In this document: positions 52,329 to 64,000 of the stretch, one piece after another
How the letters are laid out: each line of letters begins with the position of its first letter
Position numbering within the stretch: position 1 is the stretch's first letter
Assembly (NCBI GenBank): GCA_965285935.1
Contig: OZ260665.1
Span: forward strand, 66,278,001 to 66,342,000
From: Ophelia neglecta
Lineage: Eukaryota
Reading direction: 5' to 3'
DNA length: 64,000 nt
Notes under the pieces: generated by a model
Database searches by the model: none
Told to the model about the DNA's origin: nothing
The model's input: the letters and a program-made list of their open reading frames with translations, nothing else
Program-made: the position numbers and the translations under genes

Positions 52329-55300
52329 GCTTCAGTCAGCGGAGAGTAAGCTAAAGAACAGTTGGCTACCTCTTGAATCCTGACATCGCACACAAAGGAA
52401 TGTGGCGGGTCATGACATTACTATCCCTCGTGTGGGAAACCAGAAAGTGAGGAAGAAACAGAAGCGCCAGAATCGTAAAAGTCTGATACCCTCGCCTCAA
52501 GTAGGATAAACATTGGACAAAAGCCCCGCAGCCAGATTGTCCGATAAGGTCACAAATCCCAGCAGATCACAGGCCAGATACGGCGTCCTTCTTCGCTTCG
52601 CGGATCAAGGGGGAGGACGCTCTTCCATGGAGTCTCTTGATCAGTCCAACGATCAGGTTCAATGCCGTCATTAATTAACACAAATTCTACCGGACAGTAG
52701 GACTGAAATAATGTACTCGGATGTATAGGTTAATTAGTACTTGCAATTAGGTGGCTCGCAATGAAAGAAAATGAAATTAACTTTCAGATGAAACAACCAC
52801 ATTAATTATAGGATGAATGAAGTGAAATGGTTATGGCTTTCTATAAAGATTATTTGTAGTAACATGTCTGGTACAGTCGTCCGAATCATGAAATAGAGGT
52901 CTAAATCCAAAGCAGGCTGTAAAGGGCAGGCCTGCTAGGCTTGCGTACATTTGTGTACAGCTTTGTTTGTGTACACGTAATTCTTGCTAAACTTGTGGTT
53001 CTAGGGTATATAAGCAATTCAGAGTTTATTCAAAACGTTTAGTCGTATAACGTTGCAGGTTTTGCAATAGATAATTAACAGAGACACAATTTGCCGTTCT
53101 GTATGTACCATTGCGCAAAAAACAAAGCCACTTCTCACACCATCTTCCGCTCCGCAAATCAAAACAAACTCAAGGAAAATATAGTTATCTTTAGCTTAAA
53201 ATATAAGAGTTTTTTTTTATCCTACCTTTCAGGCCAGATCCTTAAGGGCTTTGTTTGTTCCAAAACGAAGACAAACCAAAAACTAAAATCAATTTCTAGG
53301 CGAAGACAGAGCAAAGCGTGCTGCCATACTTCAGGAGCCAGACTAGATCGATTTGGTGTGGGCTTGTCTTTAGTTGGGTTTTGATAGCAGAGAAAACACT
53401 TAGAAGCACTGTGTAGAAAACTTGACGGCATAAGAAGTGTAATTGTGGGCATGTCTGAGGGCTCTTGACCCGCTAGTAGCGGGAAGCCGATAGTCGGATC
53501 GACAATAATCGGCACAGACATCTGAGACTCCCTGTACAAGATCGCTATTCGACAAATCGTCCGTGATGGGAGCTTGGCCTCCTAATAGTTTAATGGGCAG
53601 ACGATTAATTTGTTTCTGACTACTCCAAACGAGCGTCTAATCTGCGGCGAGACGCGACGCTGTGTAAATGTTTATCTGGCCGCAAGGGTTTAGTGCCAAT
53701 AATCGTTAGATTACGGTAGACCCCCTAAGATGGCGGTGTGATGCGCTCCAGTGGGGGGCTGGGGATGTGGGAGGATGAAGATGACGGAGGACAGGCCCTA
53801 GGCCATAGGATGGATGAAGGGATGTATGAAGCGGGTGCTTGTTTGGAGTGTGGATAGAGGGGGTCGATTTATGTACGAAATGAAAATACTGGCACATCGG
53901 CATTAAGGAAAACTTCAGACTTATATTTATGTATAAAAAATTAATTTTGTTCCACCGTACAGTTGACGTAGCCTTTTCTCTATCAATGTATGTCTGGACC
54001 AGTTAAATGTATTTGCTGGTGTTGTGGGTGATTTCCAAGGTGCCAAAATATGCGATGTTTGAACACATCAGCCTACTGGCGGTATGCAAATTGCATTGAA
54101 ACAGCCTATTTGTATATACGCTTTTCCTTCGTTGGAGGTTAAACGCTTTTTCACATTTCTATATGTGCTTATAGCGTGTAATGATGATAGTAGTAGTAGA
54201 TTCTAGCGTTATCTGTATAGATGTGTTATTTTCTGGGTAAGAACTGTTCAGAATGGCAGTTAATAGATTTCCAAGTTGATAAGACAACCAAAACATTTCA
54301 GCCTGGTGCATGAAATTATTGACAAGGAAACAAATGGTTATATGATGAATATTTGATTGACAATTTTAACAACCTGTGTCCGTGGGTGCTTAACACGGAG
54401 CGAAAGAAAAGTACAGTCATCAGCCTGATGGGAGAATACGTCTGTGATAATTGATGGTCATCTTGAGGCTTTGTTGTTTTGAACTAATTTACGATAATTA
54501 ATATATTTATCAAAACGTCTGTCATGTAATGTAAACATAGTTGAACAAATTGTACAAACCAGAAAACATATGTACACATGAAGAGCATCAGATTAATTGT
54601 CGATACAACATTAAGGCCGTTTGAACATATGGCCTGAGGAGAATTTTCTAGGTTTTATAGCGGTATGTCATGTGGCAGTCTGACAGTAATGATGTTTCTT
54701 TTGACTAATGTTATTTTTATGCATACATCTGATACATAGACTATAAATCATATGTACAAATTTCCAATAAAAAAGCAATCAGATCACATTGTCTCTATGG
54801 CACATCCGTGTCGTGTTGGCAATTAAAACAAATTATTAAATTGCCAATGTGTATATATGAACTGAAAAACGTCGGCCATTTTAAACTCGATCTGTAACCT
54901 CCATGGCAAGAACAGTAATAGTTTTGTTATTTGAATGAATATTAGATTCATGAATGTTCCTGATGTTATAAATAGCTGGTGGAAGAGATATCCAGACTAA
55001 ATACTGTAGACCTATGGCATCTGCCGGAGATATCTGTGTGATTTCATCTCATAAACTAGATACCGCTGTGTGTCTGGCAGATCTGGTCCCAGGAAAGTCG
55101 CCGCGGTTTGAGAGGTGCACCAATCGACAAATTGATCTAATGAATAAATGAATGAGATTATACTAGGTGGTCTTTGATCTAGCTCATCCATCTATCTTGA
55201 TAAATGATTATTTGCATTTCGTTGCTTAAAACGGACGACTTTTGAACTGGCGACCCTGCCAGACCTCCTTGAACTAAACACAAAGCTGATTATTTGATTA

Positions 55301-58300
55301 AAAGCAAAGTGAATTTTATAGGTTATCTGTTTGCGGTGAGAAGATTATAGTATACAGTGGTGGTTAGTGTTTAGAGAAGCTGTTAAGGCCACTCGTGCAA
55401 GTGGACCGCCACATTCTCTGTGGTCAGAGGTGAGAAATTTGTCGCCATCTTCTCGCGCTGAATTCGCTTTTATAGCTAACGAAACTCCCCGTTCGTCCCC
55501 TTGTTATCCAAGTATTGTTAGACCCCCAGGATGAAACGCCAACACCGACTTTCTCCTCTTTGAATCCGCCACTCATTTCCATGTAGACAAAACCAGAGGC
55601 CGGCCCCTGCACTAGATGGAGACCAAACCTGTATGATTTATACCGACAAACAGAGGTTCGCTTAACAAAGGGGCTGGCCAATATTCATGAGCTTAGGAAG
55701 TCTGCGGTCGGGGTTACTGAGAATAAAACTAGTCAAAACCTGGGCTCGGTGTCGGTGAAATGTTCCTGCAAATGTAAATGATACTTAGGTGTGGAAAAGT
55801 ATTATCAGAGTAACTTGACATGTATGGGGCCTCTATCTTTTCGGACAACTTTTGTCGACAAGCCCGTGAGGAATATGTAGCGAGGACTGATATAGGAGCT
55901 CACAGGGCAGGCCAGAAACAGACAGTATTTTCTCCTTCTTTATATACACTACACTGAGTGTACATTGATTAGAAACAACATATTGAAAATTTTCAGTCGC
56001 ATTATCACTATTTACTTGTATTTTGAATACAACTTCGTACCATCAAAATCCCCACAACACTTGATAGCTGTAATAATGCTTGTCTATATTAAAAAGTAAC
56101 CTCCCCCCCTCTGACATATGAATGTGTTTTGGATAAAATATAAAACATGTTTTTCACAATGTGACAGTATAAATTCGATTTATTTGCTACACGGACGGTA
56201 ACTCAATAATTAATCAAAATTGATGAATTTTTCCATTAACAATATTTAAGCAACTTGTATGACGAATTAATTTCCAAATTATCAACTCATTACAGATGAG
56301 TGTTAGAAGATTCCGTGTTAGTATATATATAAATATGTATATAAATGATTTTTTTACAAAGAAACACGCGAATATACAACCTCGTGTTAAACAGTATCAT
56401 AATCATAAAATTATTAAGTTAGAAACGAAAAAATTGCCGAGATATTCTTTCGAACAGAAGATAAAACGAAAAGAGGAAACATGTACCGAGAAGTTTGTTA
56501 AGATGCCTGATTAGGCATAAACACGTTAATGAACCAAGAGTGAAAAAGAGAATGGCTCCCATGCATGCGTGATTGATAAAACAGAAGTTTGTAAGAACGG
56601 ATCGGGCTCTATTTTTAATTTGTGCAAACACGGTCAATGAACAATAGCCACCCTCAAATCACAGTAAATAATAACCTTACAATTATTCTTTTTATAATAA
56701 TCATCAGCCTACCTGAGTGCTGTGTTATTCGTCTTTGATGTAATACAAGTCAGAGTGTGCGTGTATATCAGTTCAAGATAGCCGGTATGTCGCCATGACA
56801 GACGACACCCTGACAGCGAATATTAACTGATGCACATCTTAGTACTCACCGTTTATTGGAAGGTATTATGGGTGACCAAAAAGACAAATTATAAGTCAGG
56901 TGGCAACTATCTATTTTAATAGATGGTGGATCGAAATCGCAGTGTGGTCTTCGATCAATTCATTAATGCTGTCATAATCAAACTTTACATAAATTTTACA
57001 TCGATATCGTTGTACGTTACGTGACTTGAAATACTTAGAACACTCATATATTCAAAAGGCATATCCTAAAGACAATAACCTCCTTGACACCCCTGTGCTT
57101 TTATAGGTTATAACAGTATTGTTATTTTCATTTGTTTCTAAAATAATAAGTGGCGTTCTTTATGGTTCCGTTCGTGTATGCCGGTAGCCCCTGCGAGGTG
57201 AGTTGAACACGGTATCTTGTCCTGCCGCCCTCGTCACGGTCCGCTTGGTGACTGATCGTCTGCCTGCGGATATATTACCCCGCTTGATATCCCCCCATTC
57301 AGCTGGCTGCTCAATCTAAAGGGGTAATTGATGGGGGTTGTGATACTTTGTTAAGCACTATGTAACGTTCCATTACGGCAGGGGCGAAGTGAAAGGAGAT
57401 AGATTTCAGTTAACAACCGGCATGGGATGGCGGACATTTTTGTAAATTAAGACGGAATTTTAAGCGTGACGGCCTCGCTAATGAAATTTGTCAACTTTGC
57501 TAAGGAGGTTGTCTACTCGGAGAAGGTGTATTCGGCGGCGCGTGACGAGAGGTCTGTCATGAAGACAGGTGAAGTGCTCGACTGTAAAATACTTATTCAG
57601 GAAAGCGAGGTTGTCAATTCGCGCCGTCTTTCTCACGACGATCTTGTATTGAAAATCCACCATTAGGCCTTTACTCTTTTCACTTTCGCCTTGCAAGCCA
57701 AATGAAGCAATCAGGCAGACAGAATATTGCAATACACGAGGTGTGCTAAGTTGGAGGAGAATACATAGAGGAAAAACAATTTTCTTTTCTTCATAGGCCG
57801 AGCAAAAATGATGGATTGTGGTACGTGTCAAACGGTACACTAACCAACCTCTTTAGCATTCAATTGACATAAAATTCCACAAGTAAAATGTCGTAAAATT
57901 CAATTTCGTTTCCCCCACGTCGGTTTATTTTCGTCTGAACGGTAACAAAGCACGGAGAGTGAAGATGAAAGATTTGGAGCCCATTTAAATAACTCCTTGT
58001 ACATAACTTTTGAACTGGATAGTGTCATCCAAACTTGAGTTTGCATTTTACAAGTTGCCATAAAGCCCATAACCCTTTGCTCCTCTTTGGTGGCCAAGCC
58101 GGGACCACCCCTCAATAACAAAATCAGACTTTAGTGTCCCATTATTGGGCTTTGTTCTTAATTTTATTGGCCAATCTATTAGACACCTCCTCCTACCAGC
58201 CTGCCTGTCTTAATGTTTTTTCGATGACACTAACGCGATGCAGTAAAGTCATGAGATCTGGACCAATCGTCCAAGCTAAATCTTATCTCCTTATCGACAT

Positions 58301-61027
58301 TTTTCTTAGATTGGCGTGGGTAGCATCTTCAAAACGTCCATTCCATTCAGGAGGTGCCCATTTCCAGGAGCACTGACATTAAAGAACGCCAAGAAGAATG
58401 AAAAGTATAGATAAAACAGGTCGAGGTATTTGTTTGTGGCGATAACTGTCTTAGATAGCTACCTGTTGGCCTTATCACGTGCGACCCATCAACTCAATTA
58501 TATACCCCGATGATGAAGCAATTGAACATGAACAACCCAGAATGAGAGAAACTCCTATAATAAAAGCCAGCAGAAGCTTCCCCGTGGGGGATTCCAATTC
58601 AAATCACCAATAAAACCTCATCCTGTCTTTTATAAAGCTTCAATAAAACAAATTTAAAGGATTTCAAGTGATATAACTTCAAGAGGGGTAATGTATTCCG
58701 AAGGCAGTTTTGTTTCTATCGTAAATAATTTGCATTCATGGGTAGGTGACCTCCCACGAACAAATATTAAATATAAATGAATTATGCCTACGGTCAATTA
58801 TTTCTCGGTGCGCTGCATACAAATGAAATTGAATTAAGACAAGTAAAGTATTTCAATTTTGGGTTCGGCATGATTCGGCGTTAAATGAAAAAATCAATTG
58901 TTTTGCTCGGAAGTAAGATGACCTTAGGAGTTCACAAAATCAGCACTAAATTATTAACAGAATCATATACGCTCAGAACAACAAATGATGAGGCTTTATT
59001 CCTTATTCCCGACCATAACTGTATAAGTACGGTTTTAGGCCTAATCGAGTCATCTAGGCCTATACTTTCCTGATTAGTATCGTTTTACTTGAATACGTAT
59101 ATCTAATTTTAATATGCCTAGGCAGAGAAAACTCTTAATATAAAGCAAAATCTCCAACCCAATAAAATTAAAAAGAAATTATATATACCATGATGGGTAG
59201 CTTGTCTTCAAGAAGGTGATTTATTAAATTACTGTTTAAAACGCGATTAAGCCTTACTTTTGTTATTTTCGAAGGCAGCATAAGTATACATCATTGGTTA
59301 TTATCAGCCGACAACGTTTGACGACGGGTCCTGGGCCCTTTCAATGCTCATATCGGAATATTGCAGCGGCTTATTTCATTGGTACCGACTTTGATCTTGG
59401 GGCCAATCCAGTTCGGTTTCAATTTTCAATAATTGGTTAAGTCAGATCCTAAGATTGAAACATACAAATCGCCAAATGGTCATTATTAAAAGCGAATATT
59501 GGATCGACATAACTTCGCTCCCTTGTTGAAATTTGCTATTACCGTGTCTAGGTCGTGAGCGCGCTTTCAATTATTAACTAATCATTTCCTCATCGATCCG
59601 GTATCATCAATTCAGCCCCTTGTTGGCGATTTGATACAATTTGATGAGATTTCTCAAAATTAATGCATAAATTCCTAGGGTGTAAAATCACAAACGCCGC
59701 TCTTTGATGACAGATGGAACAAAGTGAGTTCCCAATCGCCAAAATTTCATTAAATATTGGCATTTGCGCGGCAATAAAATGGCTTGATTAGAATTTTCCT
59801 TGCATCAGTTCCGCCGCTAGAGGATAAGCGCGAGTTGAAAGTCAATTTGTCTGAGCCAATGTATTATATTGCCGATCATATACCATTTATTTTCGTGGGT
59901 CGATATGGTGTAATTCACAAAGCGTACACAGACCCAAACCATTCTGGAAATGTAAACGATTGTAAGCAAATTAACTTTAAATTCATTAAGATCAAAGTAA
60001 TAAAGTTTGCACTTCAATTATGACTATTTAAACTATTTAAATCCTGGTGAAACTTCCTTGACTCACCCAGAACTTATTTCTGTTTAGTAGAATCGCGTGT
60101 GGCAATCTTAGTTTTTCTTTTAGTAAATTGAACGATGATTAACACGCAAGCGCAAACTGATTATCAGGGGCACTTTATGTACAGAGGTAGGGCACAGCCC
60201 GAAAAGATCGCCCTCTCATATTTAAGGTTATCGGATGTGAATCAACAAACTCACGGTAAACTACGGCCTAGGGAGCTATGTTAAATATCTTGGCAGAGGC
60301 AAAGGGGCCCACCCGAGAGTGATTTTGTCCTATCTACAACTAGTATTAATGAGCCAAGCTCCAGTCCACGAGGTGGTTTAGCCTACAGCTACGCAATCAT
60401 CAACCGTACATGATTGTTTCTTTATTCCATTTCAAACAATGTGACAAATATCTGCCTTTCGGTCATACAGGGACATTCCTCATGTATAATATTTATGTCA
60501 TGTATATGTACAAACTACATATAGGCCTAGATACATATATAGGCTATAGGTGAGCAACAAAATATGAATTATATATTCATACGCATGCATTGATCACCGC
60601 CCACAGAGTCCGGAACTATTTATTCACACAAGAATTTTGTGAATAATGTATCATTTTTTTGCAGTCATTATATAACCTATAGATATCAAGATATTTTTTA
60701 AGCCATAAATCATATTTTAACCAGGGTCTTGTGGCAGTAAAAAAAACGAATCACGGCTGTAAAATGAAAGGTCGACTAATCTTCAAATCAGATTTATTCT
60801 AAAGACAAAGATCAGTGAATGGACCCCTATATCTGTCACCTGACAACCAAGTATTCTTAAATACCATTTAAACGCTCAAATTATTTCGTTCACATTAGCC
60901 CTAGTTCGTGAAAAATGAACAAGACTTCGGTGTCTATCACCCTTAAAGGATCAGTTATGATATTTTTAAACACCAGAAAATGTGGGAAGTATTATCTTAT
61001 AAGGTATATAATATATGTAAAAAAAAC

Positions 61028-61067
61028 GTATATAGATATAGACTTAGGTATATAGATATAGACTTAG
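61028..61067. repeat. Perfect 20-bp tandem duplication
   Basis: gtatatagatatagacttag occurs twice head to tail. Confidence 0.9.
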
Positions 61068-64000
61068 TCAGATAGACAATCATATCCTACAGATAATCAC
61101 ACTAATAGACCCATACAAATACTGTCCTCGGCGAGGAGCGCAGGCGACTCGTTTTGAATGAAATATTAATACAGATCCAACCAAATTACCTTCAACCACG
61201 CATTCTTTTTGTTCTATATTGGAAGAAGGAACACAGATCAACACTTAGCTGACTGTTCGACATTCCGAGCTCACACTTAAGCCTATACTAAAGTATATTT
61301 TTTGTTTTGATTGCTAGAAGAACATAAAAAGCACCATGAATATACACAAGTCGGAGAACCCTGACCTTTACACACGCTTCCTAGGTATGGCATTACATTT
61401 AAGTTATATTGGGGGTCAAATAGGAAAAAATACAAGTCACAAACCACAAATATTATTGTGCTAAAATGTTGCCCATCTTACAAATATAATATATAAATAT
61501 ATACACTCGTTAAATGAAGAGTGATCTCTTTGCACTTCAATCAACAATGTCGATGTCGATGAATAAAGTTAATAGTGTTGTAATCCGCCTAAGAACATTA
61601 AATACATGTCATTAGCGAGTTAACAACACGAGTAAAGCTGGCAGGAATAAACTGCAGCAAAAGTACATCCTTCGAATTAAATAATTAATTAATGACTGTC
61701 ATGTGCATTAGACATAAGAAGGAAAAATCTGACATTCCCACAGCAAGGTGTGGGGTGAGGAGGAAGGCAAGAGTCCTGGGACGCGAATAGCCAGGCGCAG
61801 GTGAGAACCTAGTTTTACTGGCTCGAGATTAAGTCCTCATAGGTTTGTTAGTTAAATGTCGTCCCTAAATATGATATATAGCTACATGTTTGACGACTTA
61901 ATTAGAAAATTGAGCTATGGTTTATTTGCTACGGGATGAAAAATATTACACGGTATGTTAGAGGTTTGTTTAGAAAACAAATCAATTTGATACCGTCATG
62001 CACGAAAAGAAACTTTAAATTACAAATGCCTACTATGTTGTTTTACACTTTTTTTTTCTGAGACAAGTTTGAATATGTCTGGCAAAAACTAGCAATTCAT
62101 TTTAGATATGGTGTTGTCATCTGTCTCTGCAAATTAGTTCGATTATAAATAAAATGTATGGAAGGCTTATTCATGTGCACATCACTAGAATAAGTTAAAT
62201 GTTAATTTCGTTGCATGTTCAGTTTTGTGAAATTGTTAATTAGGTAGTTGCCTGCTTGACAAAGATAAAGAAAACATAAAATATGTCTCCAATTAAAGAG
62301 ATGACAAAGCATTCTTGGATATAATGATCCGGTTAGCCCTTTGGATCCATAAATGTTGCTTTGATATCAGTCTATATAATTCATATATTCTCTATCAAAT
62401 AGAAATAAAACACAGTTACAGGAATAAGGCAATAAAATCCCAAAAATAGTATATTACACAATTATAAGGGAAGCAGGCTGATTGCTAATGATAACTCTTA
62501 ATTATCATTGAATAATACATCAGTTTGAATCTACATGATATGAATATTATTATAAATTTAAACTTCTAAATAAAGATTTCTAATACGATCAGGGTAAATA
62601 TGAGTTCCCTACTCTGAAAAAAAAGACACGAGTCGGCTATTTTATACAGCCTCTCATTGTTTTAATTGTGTGCATATAAATGTTCAAATTATGTAAAGTA
62701 AAATGGAATATTACCCGCCAACAGCTGGTTTTTAAGCCCAGCCCGTGGGGTATAGAGAGGCCATACAATAGACTAAATTGTCTGATTACCCACCACCATA
62801 TCTAAACTAACATACATCATTTGATATCAGGACCTGATTCTGCGTGCCTCGGTTTTAATTGAGACAGGTGCGTGGAGCGACAAGTCAGCTAGCGGCGAGG
62901 CATTTAACTAAATTGTATGTCTCTAAGGAAAATCTGAGACCATCTTCTTTAATTTCCGCTCAGTTTTTATTGTTTAGCTGATAATGGCTCGCGGTACTGG
63001 CAGATTTTGGCCGCTGATAGCTTTTGGCCTTTTGATTTCATTTTAAAATTTGGCCATATCGCAATGCAGCATTCGCACGTCGTTTGCCAATAATTTGCCG
63101 CGATGTATTGTGGGAAGGTGACAGAAAGACGGGTAAAAGATTGAATTTGAAAGTGGATAGGACACTCCATTCAGGTTTTGTGACACAGGTTAAATATACC
63201 TTATCTCCCTAATTACTGGGCTACATTTAATATGATTAATGCTAACCATTCCAAAGCGGCAAGGCATGTTGAATAATCCCTGGCCATGACATATAGGTCT
63301 ACAGGAATTGAAATACACTAACTTATTTCAATAAGTGGCATTATGTAATTGAATATGTTGACAAGATTTGCTTATAGATTATGCCCTAAAACATTAAGTT
63401 TAGTTTAGCCTTTGACTAAACAAATAAATAATTCTTGGACCTTAATAACAGTTGAATCAATTTAATCCTTTGATTTTACTAAACAAAGCCGATTAAACCG
63501 CCAGCAAACATAATCATGATATTCTTATTGTCCGTCTCGAAAAGAAAGACAATAAAATGCCATATTCAGCAAACTTAAATGAAAGTAATCCCATCTTAGA
63601 TCGGCTGAAGATATAGCTTTTTGCTGAGTCTAAATCAGTATCAGGCTTCGTCGTGTCAATCCACATTGCTTGTACCTACATGGTCGATTATATTCGGAGC
63701 AAACATACAAAATTGAATAAAACATCATGATCTATTATTTTGTCAATATTGTGACAATAACTGTGATTCTTGAACAAATATATGATAAGCGGATGTAATT
63801 TTCTGTGACATTTTATGATTCAATTTAGACGCACAAAAGGCCGGATGCTTACACGCTCCACTGCCGTGTCTGCAGATATAACAAAATTTAATAAGCAGAT
63901 TTATATCACAAGTATCCACTCTCTTATTGTGCCAATGTAAATGTTTTAATGGCCAAGAGTATCGCGCCACCCTCGATGTTTGTTTGACAGTAATATACAT

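Noticed and set aside
11727-63238. Paired-homeodomain P3 palindromes TAATNNNATTA (11727, 37676, 49186, 63228) as autoregulatory sites
   Set aside because: About this many are expected by chance in 64 kb of AT-rich DNA, so there is no enrichment.

Overview
This is AT-rich (roughly 38% GC by eye), intron-containing animal DNA from an invertebrate bilaterian; a lophotrochozoan origin is plausible but is only an inference. The one gene I can support is a three-exon paired-class (Q50) homeobox gene of the Uncx/unc-4 family on the minus strand, with coding exons 41973(or 42015)-41643, 36564-36362 and 25492-24464. Splice phases join cleanly into a protein of about 520 aa (534 aa from the upstream ATG). 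The rest is gene-poor non-coding DNA with GC-elevated, enhancer-like patches, a 55-bp minisatellite, a degenerate GC-rich repeat, microsatellites and a few transposon-like remnants. The most notable observations are MYC-like short motifs in the Uncx C-terminus (a WDR5-binding-like DEIDVV and an Fbw7-degron-like LPTPPRTP), two eh1 motifs, strong over-representation of two dispersed words (CAGACGACA and TAGGCCTA), a CTCF/X-box pair, intronic hairpins, a Su(H)/RBPJ site cluster and a near-hammerhead sequence. No prokaryotic-type system (CRISPR, operon) is supported.
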